From contig JAYQJW010000002.1 in the NCBI GenBank assembly GCA_038142325.1, positions 715,328-779,327 of the forward strand: DNA of 64,000 nucleotides. The letters run 5' to 3'. The notes beneath the pieces are model-generated. The model was given only the letters and a program-made list of their open reading frames with translations. It made no database searches and had not been told where the DNA came from. This document shows positions 35,442 through 48,011 of this stretch, piece after piece. The position numbers and the translations under genes were made by a program. Origin of the DNA: Gammaproteobacteria bacterium. Its GTDB lineage: Bacteria; Pseudomonadota; Gammaproteobacteria; GCA-002705445; GCA-002716945. Each line of letters opens with the position of its first letter. Position 1 is the stretch's first letter.

Positions 35442-35999
35442 TTATGCTCTCGATGAATATTCACCTGTAGTTGGGTTAACCTTAATTTCCTCATCCTGTT
35501 TAATAAAAGCTGGAACTTTAATAGTAATTCCATTATCAAGTTCAGCATCTTTAAGAGTTGTAGATACAGTATCACCTTTTGCAACACTTTCAGTAGACGT
35601 TACCTTGCAAGTAATAAGATTTGGTAGAGTTACGTCTATTATTGCATCATTCCAAAGAGTAACATCACACTCATCACCATCATTGAGCCATCTAGGGTCA
35701 AAATCAACTGAAGATGCAGCTAACTCTAATTGTTCATAAGATTCTAAATTCATAAAAAAAAGATTATTTGACTCTTGATATAGGAACTGCATTGATGTGT
35801 TTAAGACATCAGCTTCGTCTACCTCCTCTCCAATCTTTATAGTTTTTTCAATTGTTTTTTTATTTAGTAGATTTTTAATTTTAATTTTAGTAAAGGCCTG
35901 CCCTTTACCAGGATTAACAAAATCTGTTTCAATTATCAGATAAGGCTGTTTGTCGACAAGTATCTTGTTGCCGCTTTTAAGTAGCGAATGATCTACCAT
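35442..35999 (-). CDS. efp: elongation factor P
   Basis: VNPGKGQAF, MQFLY, KGDT, VPAFI, TTGEYSSRA. Confidence 0.95.
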   Translation of the reverse strand: MVDHSLLKSGNKILVDKQPYLIIETDFVNPGKGQAFTKIKIKNLLNKKTIEKTIKIGEEVDEADVLNTSMQFLYQESNNLFFMNLESYEQLELAASSVDFDPRWLNDGDECDVTLWNDAIIDVTLPNLITCKVTSTESVAKGDTVSTTLKDAELDNGITIKVPAFIKQDEEIKVNPTTGEYSSRA

Positions 36000-36913
36000 T
36001 AACTTAGCTGTTCTTGACTAGAAGATTCAATTTGCGCATTTTCTAGTGCTTCAATTCTCTTTCTAAGTGGCGGATGAGTTGAAAACAATTTTTGTAATGT
36101 GCTAGATTGTCCTTTATTTGATATTCCAAAAGCGAGCATTTGATCTGGAAGAGGTGCAGCTACTTGTCTTTCAAGTGCTTTTAGTGCATCAATCATTTTA
36201 GCTTTGGAAGTTAATTGAGCACCGCCTATATCTGCTCTGAATTCTCTCATTCTAGAGAACCAGCAGACTATAGTTGAAGCTAATATGCCAAGGATCACTT
36301 GTGCAAATATTACTGTGAAGAAATATCCAATACCAAAACCTATTTCATTTTTTCAAATAACACGGGCAACGACATGTCCAATTACTCGAGAGAAAAATAT
36401 AACAAAAGCATTTACAATACCTTGTATCAAAGTAAGTGTGACCATATCACCATTTGCAACATGACTCATCTCATGCCCAATTACAGCTTCAATTTCATCT
36501 CTATTCATTGCACTGATAAGACCTGTACTTAATGCAACAAGAGAACTATTTTTAGAAGAACCGGTAGCAAAAGCGTTTGGTTGAGGTGAGTTGAAAATAC
36601 CTACCTCTGGCATTTTAAGACCTAGCTGGTCTGATTGTTTTTTAACTATATCAAGATACCATCTTTCAAATTCATTCGATGGAGAGTTAATTAATTTAAC
36701 ACCAGCCATAGATTTAGCCATCCATTTTGACATGTATAGCGAAATGAATGAGCCGCCCATACCAAAGACTAGAGAAAATAGCATTAAGGAATCATAATCG
36801 AGATCAACACCGTTTGATTGAAGTATTCCTGTAAAACCTGTAAGAGATAAAAATATGCTCAGTACGAAGAGTATGGCTATGTTTACAACGATAAAATAGA
36901 AAATTCTTTTCAT
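35999..36913 (-). CDS. htpX: zinc metalloprotease HtpX (frameshift near 36350)
   Basis: [33 protein letters not shown]. Confidence 0.95.
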
Positions 36914-39168
36914 TTTGTACCTATATTATAAGTTAATTTCTCATTCTTGTGGATAAATTTGTTTTCGATTTTCTTTCCACGCCTTGTTCTATTCATAATA
37001 TATGGTTCCAAATCATCAAATTCAATGAATTTTGACCTTTTATTTTTCGCGCTTACTTCAATGCGCTCACCTTTTTTAATTACCCCAATAAAAATAATTT
37101 TTTCATTATTTTCAGATTTTGGGATATTTATTAATTTAACACCTTTGCCTTTACTTAAAACCGGAGCGTCTGAAACTGAAGATAGAATCATATAGTGGTT
37201 ACTTGTAATAATAATGTAGTAATCATATTCATTTGTATTTACTGATATTGGTTTTATCAAGTTTGATGCTTTATTTTTAAATATGGATTTACCGTTCTTG
37301 TTAGATGAATTTAAATCATCATTTGAACAAAGAAAACCATAACCAGATTCTGAACAAAGTAATGTATGAATAGGTTCAGACGGATTAATCATTCCGACGG
37401 CATGCACTCCATCATTTATATTAAAATATTTTTTTAGAGATTCTCCATATCCTCTGCCAGATGGAATATCATTTACTGCCATTGTATAAACAAAACCTTT
37501 TTGATCAAACAAAGCAATATCTTTGTTGTTATCAATATTTAAATGATCTAAATATGAATCACCTGATTTAAAATTTAAATTATCTAGCGATTCTAATATT
37601 CCCTTATTTGATTTTATCCATCCATTGGCAGATAAAATAACTGACATAGGGTCATTAGATATTTTAATTTCTTTTTTAATTTGTTTTGATGATGATGCTT
37701 GTTCAACTATGCTCGTTTTTCTATCTACAGCATATTCCTCGCTAATAGAATCTAGTTCATCTGAGATAATATTATTAAGTTTTGTTTTTGATTTAAGAAT
37801 TGAATTAATTTCTTTATTTCTTAAGGAAAGTTCTTTGAACTCGCTTTTGATTTTATTTTCCTCAAGTTTAGCAATATTTCGTAATCTCATATTAATGATT
37901 GCTTCATATTGAGCTTGTGTAAACTTACCTATTTTCATAATTTTAGGTTTAGGATTATCTTCATTTCTAAGAATATTTATTATTTTATCAAGGTGCTGGT
38001 AAACTACTAAGAAACCTTCAAGAATATGTAGTCGTTCTAATATTTGAGTGTTTTCGTAATTAAGTTTTCTTTTAACAGTTTCAATTCTAAAATCTAGCCA
38101 TTGCGATAAAATATCTTTAAGATTCATGACGCATGGCTTACCATCAGCTGTAATCATGTTTAGATTGACCCTATAGCTTCTCTCTAAGTCTGTTGTAAAA
38201 TATAGATGATTCATTACATCATCAGAGCTGTGCGTTGTTCCTTTTATTTTAATTAATATTTTAACGGGATTATTTTCATCTGACTGATCTTCAATAGAAC
38301 TGATAAAACCAATTTTCTTATCAATCATCTGGGATTGAATTTGATCAATAATTTTTGTTGTAGAAGCCTGATATGGTAATGTGTAAATAAGAATCTGTTT
38401 ATTTTTAGAAGAATACTCAGCTCTTAATTTTATATTCCCAGTACCTTCATTATAGATAGTTTCAATATCTGATTCATTTTTTAAGAGAGTACCGCCCGTT
38501 GGATAATCAGGGGCAGGAATAAAATCCATCAATTCATCAACATTACATTTAGGTTTTTTAATGAGATGTTGAACTGCAAGAATTACTTCGCCTAAATTAT
38601 GTGGCGGAATGTCAGTTGACATTCCAACAGCAATACCAGAACTTCCATTTACTAATATATTAGGTATTAAGGAGGATAGAAACTTAGGTTCTTTAAGAGA
38701 GCCATCAAAATTGTCTATCCATTCAACTGTACCATTTTTTAAATCTTGTAATAGAAGATCAGAATATTTAGTTAGTTTTGATTCGGTGTACCTCATGGCT
38801 GCAAAAGATTTAGGATCATCTTGTGTGCCCCAATTACCCTGTCCGTCAATCAATGGTGCGTTGTAATTGAATGATTGAGCCATCATTACCATAGCTTCAT
38901 AACAGGCTGAATCACCATGAGGATGAAACTTACCCAAGACATCACCAACAGTTCTTGCAGATTTTTTATACTTTGAATTATATTTCAAACCTAACTCACT
39001 CATAGCATAAATGATTCTTCTTTGAACGGGTTTTAGACCATCTAAAAGACTCGGGAGGGCCCGATCAAGGATTACATACATAGAATAATTTAGATATGCA
39101 TCTTCACTGAATCTTCCGATGGATACTCTATCTATACTTGATGAAAATAAATCTTTATTATTTGACAT
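36910..39168 (-). CDS. parC: DNA topoisomerase IV subunit A
   Basis: [34 protein letters not shown]. Confidence 0.96.
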   Translation of the reverse strand: MSNNKDLFSSSIDRVSIGRFSEDAYLNYSMYVILDRALPSLLDGLKPVQRRIIYAMSELGLKYNSKYKKSARTVGDVLGKFHPHGDSACYEAMVMMAQSFNYNAPLIDGQGNWGTQDDPKSFAAMRYTESKLTKYSDLLLQDLKNGTVEWIDNFDGSLKEPKFLSSLIPNILVNGSSGIAVGMSTDIPPHNLGEVILAVQHLIKKPKCNVDELMDFIPAPDYPTGGTLLKNESDIETIYNEGTGNIKLRAEYSSKNKQILIYTLPYQASTTKIIDQIQSQMIDKKIGFISSIEDQSDENNPVKILIKIKGTTHSSDDVMNHLYFTTDLERSYRVNLNMITADGKPCVMNLKDILSQWLDFRIETVKRKLNYENTQILERLHILEGFLVVYQHLDKIINILRNEDNPKPKIMKIGKFTQAQYEAIINMRLRNIAKLEENKIKSEFKELSLRNKEINSILKSKTKLNNIISDELDSISEEYAVDRKTSIVEQASSSKQIKKEIKISNDPMSVILSANGWIKSNKGILESLDNLNFKSGDSYLDHLNIDNNKDIALFDQKGFVYTMAVNDIPSGRGYGESLKKYFNINDGVHAVGMINPSEPIHTLLCSESGYGFLCSNDDLNSSNKNGKSIFKNKASNLIKPISVNTNEYDYYIIITSNHYMILSSVSDAPVLSKGKGVKLINIPKSENNEKIIFIGVIKKGERIEVSAKNKRSKFIEFDDLEPYIMNRTRRGKKIENKFIHKNEKLTYNIGTK

Positions 39169-41062
39169 TAGTTTGTTTGAGCAAGATTACCTTTTTTTCT
39201 AACCATTTTTTTCTATCCAGTGATGTTTTCTTTGATAACATCATATCCAATATTTTCATATCTTTAGCTTTGTTCTCAAGTGACAACAATAGTAGCTTGC
39301 GAGAAACAGGGCTCAATGTTGTCTCACGCAATTGAGATGGGTTCATCTCTCCTAAACCCTTAAATCTAGTTATGCTTACACCTGTATCAGTATTTTTAAT
39401 TTTATTTTTTTTAAATACATCATTCATGTTTTCTTCTGAAATTGCATAAAAGATATCTTTCTTATAATCAATTCGATACAGAGGCGGTAATGCAACGTAT
39501 ATGTGCTCATTGATTACAAGATCTGGATAATGTTTAACGAATAATGCAATCAGAAGTGTAGCAATGTGCAGACCATCTGAATCGGCATCCGCTAATATAC
39601 AAATTTTACCGTAGCGTAAATTAGAAATATCTGAGTTACCAGGTTGAACACCAATAGAGGTACTGATATCTTGAACTTCTTTTGATTCTAAAATTTTGCT
39701 TGATGTGACTTCCCAGGTATTAAGAATTTTTCCACGTAGGGGAAGAATTGCTTGAAAGTTTCTATCTCGTGCTTTTTTTGCTGAACCTCCAGCAGAATCG
39801 CCCTCAACTAAAAAAAGTTCATTATTAAGTACATCTTTACTTGAGCAGTCAGATAAGCGGCTGGGCATGATTACATTCTTAGAGATTGTTTTTGTTTTTT
39901 TTGATGTTGAAGACAATCTAGATTGCGCATTACTTATAGCAATGTTACAAATTTCTTCTGATATCTCAGTATGGTTGTTTAACCATATTTCTAAACGATC
40001 CTTGAGTTGACTGGTAAGTTTTGATGCAATAGATGTTGATTGCAATTTATTTTTTGTTTGTCCTACAAATTGTGGATCCGATATTTTTAGCGAGATAAGA
40101 TATGAAGTATTTCTCCAAACATCATCAGGTATTATTTTAATATTTTTAGGTACGATATTATGGGAAGTCATGAAATCACGCACTGATTCAGTTACAGCTG
40201 ATTTCAAAGAATTTACATGCGTTCCACCATCTGAAGTTGGTATAAGATTCACATAACTGTCTTGGATTACAAAATCAGATTCTTTTGTCCAAGAAAGTGC
40301 TGATGATACCTCAAACAAATCTGTCTCTAACTCAATTAGGATAGGTTGTTTTGGTATAAGCTCAGGAGATTCATGTACTGATTTTAAATAATCATCCAGT
40401 GATCCTTTATGACAATATACTTTTTTTATATTATTTTTTTTATCTAAAATCTTAAGTGCTAGTCCTGGTTTAAGAATTGACTTAGCTTCTAAAAGCTTGT
40501 GTAGTCGAGCTGTATCAATATTTGAATTATCAAAGTACTTTGAGTTTGGTTTAAATGTAATCTTCGTCCCATGAGAATTCTTTGTAGACTTTGATATCGT
40601 TTTTAATTTGTCTTTTACGAGACCATTTTTAAAAGTAATTCGATGTACATCGGTATCTCCGTTGCGCTCAATATCAACTGTTAAATATTCTGAAAGCGCA
40701 CTGACTACAGATACACCAACACCATGCAGGCCTCCCGAGTACTTATAATTTTTATTACTAAATTTTGCTCCAGAATGTAAATTAGTCATAATTACTTCTA
40801 CACCAGATTTTTTATACTCAGGATGAATATCTACAGGCATCCCTCTTCCATCATCTTTAACCGTAAATGATTCATCTTCATTGAGAGTAATGTCAATATT
40901 GTTACAATATCCTGCAATTGATTCGTCAACACAGTTATCTATCACCTCTTGAAGCAAATGATTCGGGTTAGTTGTATCTGTATACATGCCAGGTCTTTTT
41001 TGAACAGGCTCGATACCTTTTAAGATTTCAATATCTGATGCAGTGTATGTTTTTTTTACCAT
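39158..41062 (-). CDS. parE: DNA topoisomerase IV subunit B
   Basis: [43 protein letters not shown]. Confidence 0.96.
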   Translation of the reverse strand: MVKKTYTASDIEILKGIEPVQKRPGMYTDTTNPNHLLQEVIDNCVDESIAGYCNNIDITLNEDESFTVKDDGRGMPVDIHPEYKKSGVEVIMTNLHSGAKFSNKNYKYSGGLHGVGVSVVSALSEYLTVDIERNGDTDVHRITFKNGLVKDKLKTISKSTKNSHGTKITFKPNSKYFDNSNIDTARLHKLLEAKSILKPGLALKILDKKNNIKKVYCHKGSLDDYLKSVHESPELIPKQPILIELETDLFEVSSALSWTKESDFVIQDSYVNLIPTSDGGTHVNSLKSAVTESVRDFMTSHNIVPKNIKIIPDDVWRNTSYLISLKISDPQFVGQTKNKLQSTSIASKLTSQLKDRLEIWLNNHTEISEEICNIAISNAQSRLSSTSKKTKTISKNVIMPSRLSDCSSKDVLNNELFLVEGDSAGGSAKKARDRNFQAILPLRGKILNTWEVTSSKILESKEVQDISTSIGVQPGNSDISNLRYGKICILADADSDGLHIATLLIALFVKHYPDLVINEHIYVALPPLYRIDYKKDIFYAISEENMNDVFKKNKIKNTDTGVSITRFKGLGEMNPSQLRETTLSPVSRKLLLLSLENKAKDMKILDMMLSKKTSLDRKKWLEKKVILLKQTNVK

Positions 41063-41104
41063 CGTTGTGTATAATAAGATTACACTATCCCGCAGTTAAT
41101 ATAA

Positions 41105-42523
41105 ATGAATTATGTATTTTATGATTTTGAAACATCCGGATTAAATTTTTATTTTGATCAACCTATTCAGCTCGCAGCTAAATTAGTTGATGATCAATTC
41201 AACGTACTAGATCAAATAAATGAAAAGTGTAGATTGAGAGATGGTGTAATTCCCTCTCCTGCTGCCATGCTTATTACAAAAACAGATCTTGAGGATTTAG
41301 ATAATAGGCAATCATTTTATGAATTTATGGATAAAGTCCATAATAAATTTTCATCATGGTCGCCTGCAGTGTTTATAGGCTACAATAATATTAATTTTGA
41401 TGAAAAGTTTTTAAGATCTAGTTTTTTTCAATCTTTACACGCACCATATTTAACCAATACAAACAATAATTCGCGATCAGATTTATTTAAAATAATTCTA
41501 GCAATTTGTAATTTAGAAAAGCCTTATTTAAATATACCTATTGATGGTGAAAAAGGTCGTAAAATCTTAAAACTTGAAAATTTAGCAGCGAATAACAACA
41601 TTAGTCATGAATTTGCACATGATGCAATGAGTGATGTAGATGCAACTATTGGTATAGCTGAAATTATCAAGAAAAATGATGATGATTTATGGAAACATTT
41701 GATGACATTTACAAATCATAAAGACGTAAGTAAATTCATTGGCGATAATAAAATTTTTATTATACCTCCAACAACCTCACATGGTGATTACACCCCAGTT
41801 TGTTACTTGACAAGTAACCCAGATAATCAAAAGGAGATGATATTTTTTAACTTAAAAGAAGAGGTAACAGATGAAATTATTAACTCTAGAACAAGAAATA
41901 TTGGGGCATTGTTTAAGAATAAAACATTAAAAAAGATAAAAAGTAATGACTATCCTGTTCTATTGCTTCAAGAAAACTTATCTGGTGATATTAAAGATGA
42001 TTTCGATAAGAATTTAAATCTATATGAGAGTAAATCAAATTTAATAACCTCATCAAGTAATTTTGTCATGAATGTGAATCAATACTTAGTTGACCAACTT
42101 GCAGACTATCAGGTTGACAGCAGAGACTATATCTCTGCATCTGAGCATGTAGATGAAATGTTATATAGTGGATTCACAGGTCCAAGTGACTGGAAGATAT
42201 TGGAAGAAATTAAAATACTAGATGATTCAAATAATATTTTAACAAATCTTGAAAGATTAGAGGATAAAAGACTAATTGAGTTATATAAAAGAAAATTGTA
42301 TTCCGATAATAAAAATCTTTTGACAGAAGGGATAATTGAAAATCAAAAAAAATATATACGTGAAAAAATATTCAATGAATCAGAAAAAGTAACATGGACA
42401 ACTCTTGCTAAGGCTAGATCTGAGCTTAATAAAATCTCACAAGATGAGAGATTTAAAAGCATGGGCAATGAGATTAAAAAAATTGAGAAATATTTAGATA
42501 AAATCGAGAAGAATTTTAGTTAG
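41105..42523 (+). CDS. sbcB: exodeoxyribonuclease I
   Basis: DEDDh motifs YDFETSG, GYN..FDE, LENLA..N, AHDAMSDV. Confidence 0.85.
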   Translation: MNYVFYDFETSGLNFYFDQPIQLAAKLVDDQFNVLDQINEKCRLRDGVIPSPAAMLITKTDLEDLDNRQSFYEFMDKVHNKFSSWSPAVFIGYNNINFDEKFLRSSFFQSLHAPYLTNTNNNSRSDLFKIILAICNLEKPYLNIPIDGEKGRKILKLENLAANNNISHEFAHDAMSDVDATIGIAEIIKKNDDDLWKHLMTFTNHKDVSKFIGDNKIFIIPPTTSHGDYTPVCYLTSNPDNQKEMIFFNLKEEVTDEIINSRTRNIGALFKNKTLKKIKSNDYPVLLLQENLSGDIKDDFDKNLNLYESKSNLITSSSNFVMNVNQYLVDQLADYQVDSRDYISASEHVDEMLYSGFTGPSDWKILEEIKILDDSNNILTNLERLEDKRLIELYKRKLYSDNKNLLTEGIIENQKKYIREKIFNESEKVTWTTLAKARSELNKISQDERFKSMGNEIKKIEKYLDKIEKNFS

Positions 42524-43247
42524 CTTGATTGATGAATGCTAATATTTTTTTATAATTTTGATATCCCGGTATTATTCTACCATCATCTAAAAAGATAGTT
42601 GGCGTGCCCTCTACAGATAATATTCCAGCATATTCAAAGTTTTTATCAAGCGGGTTATCACAACCGTTACTTTCATCGAGTAATTCTCCTTGAAACAGAT
42701 CTTCAACAGAACTTACTCTGTCTTCAGAGCACCATGCAGATAGTAACTGCTGATAAGCATCGACAGTATTACCATTTCTAGAGAATAATACATATCTCAC
42801 TTCTACATTGTTTTCCAGCAAATCTGGAATCTCATTATGGAGTTTTTGACAATAAGGACATGATGAATCTGTAAATACAGTCATAATATGATTTGATTTT
42901 TGTGGCTTATAAATAATCATATTATTAGGGTCTATAGATTCTATTACTGCTATTCTTTGTTTCATCTTTGTATTTTCAGTAATGCTTTCTTTTGTATCTA
43001 GATTAATGACGTTTCCTACAATTAAATATTTACCATCATTAGTTGCATAATATATTTGATTGTTGATTATGATTTCATGAAAGTTTTCATCTATTTTTTT
43101 TATATTTTCAATATTTACATTAGGATAAGCTTCAGATACAACTTTTTTAATATCAGCATCTTCTATGCCTTTTTTAATATCAGCATCTTCTTTTTTTGCA
43201 CATGAAAAAAGAACTGACAGAGCTATGAATATAAAAAGATTTTTCAT
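42516..43247 (-). CDS. dsbC: DsbC family disulfide isomerase (lipoprotein-type signal)
   Basis: FTD..CPYCQKLH, GTPT, PGY; xerD-dsbC order; LFSC lipobox. Confidence 0.9.
   Translation of the reverse strand: MKNLFIFIALSVLFSCAKKEDADIKKGIEDADIKKVVSEAYPNVNIENIKKIDENFHEIIINNQIYYATNDGKYLIVGNVINLDTKESITENTKMKQRIAVIESIDPNNMIIYKPQKSNHIMTVFTDSSCPYCQKLHNEIPDLLENNVEVRYVLFSRNGNTVDAYQQLLSAWCSEDRVSSVEDLFQGELLDESNGCDNPLDKNFEYAGILSVEGTPTIFLDDGRIIPGYQNYKKILAFINQAN
43142..43191. repeat. 23-bp direct repeat, period 27 bp, inside dsbC
   Basis: CTTTTTTAATATCAGCATCTTCT at 43142-43164 and 43169-43191 (EDADIKK twice). Confidence 0.9.
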
Positions 43248-43248
43248 A

Positions 43249-44157
43249 TCACCTCCTTGGGTGATATTTTTGATGAAATTTCATCAATCTATCTTTAGCT
43301 ATATGGGTATATATTTGCGTTGTAGATAGACTAGCATGTCCTAATAGCATCTGTACAGTTCTCAAATCAGCTCCATTATTAAGTAAATGTGTTGCAAAAG
43401 CATGTCTTAAATTATGCGGTGATAATTTTTTATCAATCAGAGATAATTTTGCATATTTTTGTATCATCTCCCAGCAGGCTTGTCTTGAAATAACGCTTCC
43501 GTTTGAATTAATAAAAAGAATGTCTGGATGAATAACAGATTTAATGCTTGTGCGATATCCATCAATATATGATATTAATAACTTCATAGCCACAGAGCCA
43601 ATAGGAACTAATCTCTCTTTGTTGCCTTTACCCTTTATTCTCAAGTATGGTTTATCAGTGGCTATCTGATTAATTTTGATTGTAAGTAACTCTGAGATTC
43701 TAAGGCCAGATGAATAGAGTAATTCAAGAATACATTTGTCTCTTAAGCCAGTGGCTGTTTTATCGTCCGGTGCACTTAATAATTTTTCTATCTCACTTTC
43801 AGAAATTATTGTCGGAAGTTTTCTTCTCTTTTTTGGATTTTCTATTAATGTTGAAGGATTATTTTTAATTAACCCATTATCATACAAAAATAAGTAAAAC
43901 GATTTGATACATGTAATAGTTCTCTGAATTGTGCTTACTGATAAACCGCTATCTAATTTGAAAGCAAGATAGTTATTTATAATCTCCCTATCAGCATCAA
44001 GTAGTGAGTATTCATTAGATCTTAACCATTGTAAATAAACCTTTAGATCAGACATATATGCGTCAGTAGTATTTTTTGACAAATTTTTTTTAAATGAGCT
44101 TTCGCTGCAATACTGTCTTATAAAATCAAGTTCTGTTGTATTATCAGATAAAGGCAT
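43249..44157 (-). CDS. xerD: site-specific tyrosine recombinase XerD
   Basis: LYSSGLRISEL, KGKGNKERLVP, SPHNLRHAFATHLL, LGH, TTQIYTH, HPR end. Confidence 0.94.
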   Translation of the reverse strand: MPLSDNTTELDFIRQYCSESSFKKNLSKNTTDAYMSDLKVYLQWLRSNEYSLLDADREIINNYLAFKLDSGLSVSTIQRTITCIKSFYLFLYDNGLIKNNPSTLIENPKKRRKLPTIISESEIEKLLSAPDDKTATGLRDKCILELLYSSGLRISELLTIKINQIATDKPYLRIKGKGNKERLVPIGSVAMKLLISYIDGYRTSIKSVIHPDILFINSNGSVISRQACWEMIQKYAKLSLIDKKLSPHNLRHAFATHLLNNGADLRTVQMLLGHASLSTTQIYTHIAKDRLMKFHQKYHPRR

Positions 44158-44190
44158 AATGTTTGATATAATTAATATAATATAGACTTC

Positions 44191-45452
44191 ATGAAAAAAT
44201 TAAAAGATAACTGTTTTAATGAATTTGATCCCAAATGCTCTAAGTATAGATGAGGCTCTATCGAATATCCTCAAGACAATAAAGGTAAAATCATCAAGTG
44301 AAAATGTACAGCTTAAGAATTCTTGTGATCGCATATTAGCGAAAGATATTCGATCTAAAATTGATGTGCCAAATTATAAAAATTCAGCTATGGATGGGTA
44401 TGCAATTAATATAAAAGATTTCTCAAATCAAAATAAAATCTTCAAGTGTGTAGGAGAATCATTTGCTGGTAATTCTTACACGAAAGCCGTAAAGCCAAAT
44501 CATGCCATAAAAGTTATGACAGGAGGCAATGTACCCAAAAGTTGTAACGCAGTGGTCATGAAGGAGTTAGTTGAAACAAATGAAGATGAAATAAAAGTCT
44601 TAGCGCCTATTGTCAAAGATCAAAACATAAGATTTCCAGGTGAAGATATAAGGAAAAATCAGGTTGTTCTCACCAAAGGAAAGAGGATCAATGAAATTGA
44701 TATAGGAATCTTAGCATCACTGGGCATTGCTACTGTTCCGGTATTTAAGATGCCTTTAATAGGGTTCATATCAACTGGAGACGAATTAGTAAGCATTAAA
44801 AGAAAATTAAAAAGAATCAGGTTTATGACAGTAATAGATATTTACTGCATGGTTTGCTAAGAAAATATCCTGTTGAATTAAAAGATTATGGTGTTGTCAA
44901 AGATAAATTATCGTCTATTGAAAAAAAATTTAGCGATGCATCTCAGAAATGTGATGTTCTCATTACAACAGGAGGTGTGTCAGTAGGTGATGCTGATCAT
45001 GTGAAAACTGCTTTGGATAATCTTGGAAAGATTAAATTTTGGAAGATATCTGTTAAACCTGGAAGACCTCTTGCATATGGTAAAATAAATAAATGTGCAT
45101 TCTTTGGATTGCCAGGAAATCCAGTTTCTGTCATTGTTACATTTAATCTTTTTGTTAATGCTGCAATTAATAAACTATGCGGTAAAAATTATGAGAATCA
45201 TTTATTATTAGAAGCAGAACTTATAGATGATATAAAAAAAGAAAAGGTAGAACGGAATATAAAAGAGGAATATTAATCAACAAAGATAATAAGTTATTTG
45301 TAAAAAAATCAGGTGCGCAAGGGTCTAATATCCTGTCTTCTCTAAAAGATGCAAATTGTTACATTAAGCTTGATTCAGAAATTGATAACTTAAAAAAGGG
45401 AATGAGGGTTAAAGTAATGCCACTAGCCTTATCAAGTAAACATTATGAATAA
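44191..45452 (+). CDS. moeA: molybdopterin molybdotransferase (several frameshifts)
   Basis: NSAMDGYA, STGDEL, TGGVSVGDAD, KPGRP, GLPGNPVS, QGSNILSSL..ANC. Confidence 0.92.
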
Positions 45453-45828
45453 AAAAGTTGGGTTAATAAAAAGATTGTTAGTAAATTTTTATGATTTTAT
45501 ATTACTTTTTGCAGTTTTATACTTTTTTACAATACCGGTAATATTATTAACTGATGGAAATGCAGTACTTAATAGTATCGTCTATCAAATTTATTTAATT
45601 ACTATAATATTTTTTTATTACGCTTGGTTTTGGAAAAAATATAATCAAACTTTGGGTATGAAAATATGGAAAATTAAAATTTATAGTAGATACTCTTTAC
45701 ATGTGAGTTACGTACAATCGATAAAGAGGATTATTATTTCACTACTTGGTGGACATATTTTATTGTTAATTAAAGATGAATCTTTACAAGATATCATATC
45801 AAAAACATATTTAGAAAAAGTAGATTAG
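45445..45828 (+). CDS. RDD family membrane protein
   Basis: KRLL..FYD, QTLGMKIWKI, LQDIISKT. Confidence 0.88.
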   Translation: MNKKVGLIKRLLVNFYDFILLFAVLYFFTIPVILLTDGNAVLNSIVYQIYLITIIFFYYAWFWKKYNQTLGMKIWKIKIYSRYSLHVSYVQSIKRIIISLLGGHILLLIKDESLQDIISKTYLEKVD

Positions 45829-46894
45829 ATTGGGATATTTTTCTTAATTAAATTGTTAAAAAGAATTATTCCCGCAGCAATAAAAACAGCAATAGATAAA
45901 ATAACGCTTAAAAATGCAGGTATCCCAATAATTAAAGCAATATTTGTAATTAGACTAGTAATCACAAAGTAAGTAATACCAAATAAAATACCAAATAATA
46001 GTTTCTGGCTTTGATTAGTCGATCTAGTTTTTTGTAAACAAGAATGGCAAGCCTACAAATACAATCACACAACAGGAAAAAGGAAGGAGAATTTTTTTCC
46101 AAAAGATTACTTTATGATTTTCATATGGCAAAGCCTAAGTTATTATGAAAAATTATATTTTCGTAGAGATTTTCTATAGAGATATAACGTCTTTTAGTAA
46201 ATTGACTTGATAAAATTTCAAATGGTACAAATTCTTCACTAGATAAAAAATAAGTAGACATTTTTTCAAAATTAGAGTCTGCTATATCTAGAATCTCAAC
46301 ATCTTTTAAAATCCACTTATCACTATAATTAGCACTTTTAGCTGATAAAATAGAGGAAATACCGCCATCTCTAATGAAGTATATCTTGATGTTACTTAAT
46401 TGTTTATCAGAGATTACCTCGCCAATGTTTGTAACTTGATTCGATGTTCTGAACCATACACTCTTGTCTGAAACACTTTTATTTAAAGAAACATTTTTCA
46501 GCGTTTGCGCATCATTAGCATATTTTGGAGCAATTGAATTAGAAATTATTGTAAAAAAAGTTGAAATAACAAAAGTTTGCAAAAGAATAATTTTAAATAC
46601 CCTTTTGATTCCTATGCCATAAGAATTAATAGCTGTTAACTCAGAATGATAGGCCATTGATCCAAATGCTGTCATGCTTCCAATTAATAAAGCATAGGGA
46701 AATATGTCTAAGAAATTTTGTGGAATGAGAAATGCTATATAGTTAAATAAGATTGGGTAACTATATTCATGGTTTCCAATGTTTTTTAGTTCAGATAAAA
46801 ATATTATTAGTAAATTTATGCCTAATAAAACAATTATAGCTAAAAAGAAACTAACTAAATAATTTTTCAGCATATATCTTGAAATTCTATTCAT
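45825..46894 (-). CDS. lptG: LPS export ABC transporter permease LptG (frameshifted 3' part)
   Basis: SELTAINSYGI motif, TM pattern, follows lptF. Confidence 0.85.
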
Positions 46895-46903
46895 ACTAAA
46901 GTC

Positions 46904-47935
46904 TTACCTTGATTTACTCGCATACATGTAATAAGCAATAAAAATAAAAAAGGTGTGAGTAATAAATGCGGATATCAATAGAGATATTTCCGTATTAAAT
47001 GATTGTGTCATTATATTGATTAGAACGATATAGCTGAAATATAAAATAGCTCCAATGAAAACGTTTTTATATTTTTCATTTTTTCTAAAAAAACTGCTCA
47101 ATGGAATTGCAATATAAGCAAGTATTATTCCCGAAATAATTACAGAGAATCTATTCAATATTTCTGCAAGTTCAGATAAATTGATACTTCTAAATAATTC
47201 GAATATTGATTTAGATTGTAGATTATTGTTATTTAATTTAGGCATCGTATTAGTAATGAGCATGTTCTGTGATTCATAATCTGTTGAGCTAAAACTTCCA
47301 TCAGAATCAAATGAGTATGCTTTACCATCCTCAAGAATAATTTTTTTATCATCTGAGGATTTAATTCTAGATGATATATCAATTCTAGTTGTTAGATTAG
47401 AAGTAGATTTAATAAATATATTACCTGGCTTAGTTGAATTTTTTTGTGTAATATAAACCACTCTTGAACCATCATTACTAATATTAAAACTTCCCTCGTT
47501 AAGTGTATAAATTTTCTGTTCATGAGTTATTTGATGTTGTACTTGAGTTCTAAGCTCAAGCGCTTTTGGAGATAATATCAATTCTAGTAAACTCATGATA
47601 ATGATAAAAATTAAAATTAGCTTGGTTAATATTTTTGCTAATTCAAAGTTAGAGATACCATTTAACTGCATAATGATCATTTCATTTGATGTGTATAGTC
47701 TGTTAAGAGAGATAATGATTCCAAAAAAAAGACCTAGGGATATTATTAATGGTGAATACTGGACCATTTTTAAAACCAACAATTTGATTAAAAAAATAGA
47801 TGCAATATCTCCATCATTAACATCCTCTACTAATCTCAGACCTGTATTAGCTAGGAGTATTAGAAATAAAATTAAAAATACTGCCAGAGATGTTCTAGCG
47901 CAGTTTTTGTATAAATATTGACTAATTAAATTCAA
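46904..47935 (-). CDS. lptF: LPS export ABC transporter permease LptF
   Basis: RLYTSNEMIIMQLNGIS, divergent from pepA. Confidence 0.85.
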   Translation of the reverse strand: MNLISQYLYKNCARTSLAVFLILFLILLANTGLRLVEDVNDGDIASIFLIKLLVLKMVQYSPLIISLGLFFGIIISLNRLYTSNEMIIMQLNGISNFELAKILTKLILIFIIIMSLLELILSPKALELRTQVQHQITHEQKIYTLNEGSFNISNDGSRVVYITQKNSTKPGNIFIKSTSNLTTRIDISSRIKSSDDKKIILEDGKAYSFDSDGSFSSTDYESQNMLITNTMPKLNNNNLQSKSIFELFRSINLSELAEILNRFSVIISGIILAYIAIPLSSFFRKNEKYKNVFIGAILYFSYIVLINIMTQSFNTEISLLISAFITHTFFIFIAYYMYASKSR

Positions 47936-48011
47936 TGTAGCAATTACATGATTAGATAAAAAATGTTAATCTAAAGCTCTAGTTAGTATAACTTTATTAT
48001 AAGGAAATATC

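Noticed and set aside
43249-44157. Tyrosine recombinase as a possible phage or island integrase
   Set aside because: Typical XerD sequence in the conserved xerD-dsbC context; no att sites or mobile cargo.
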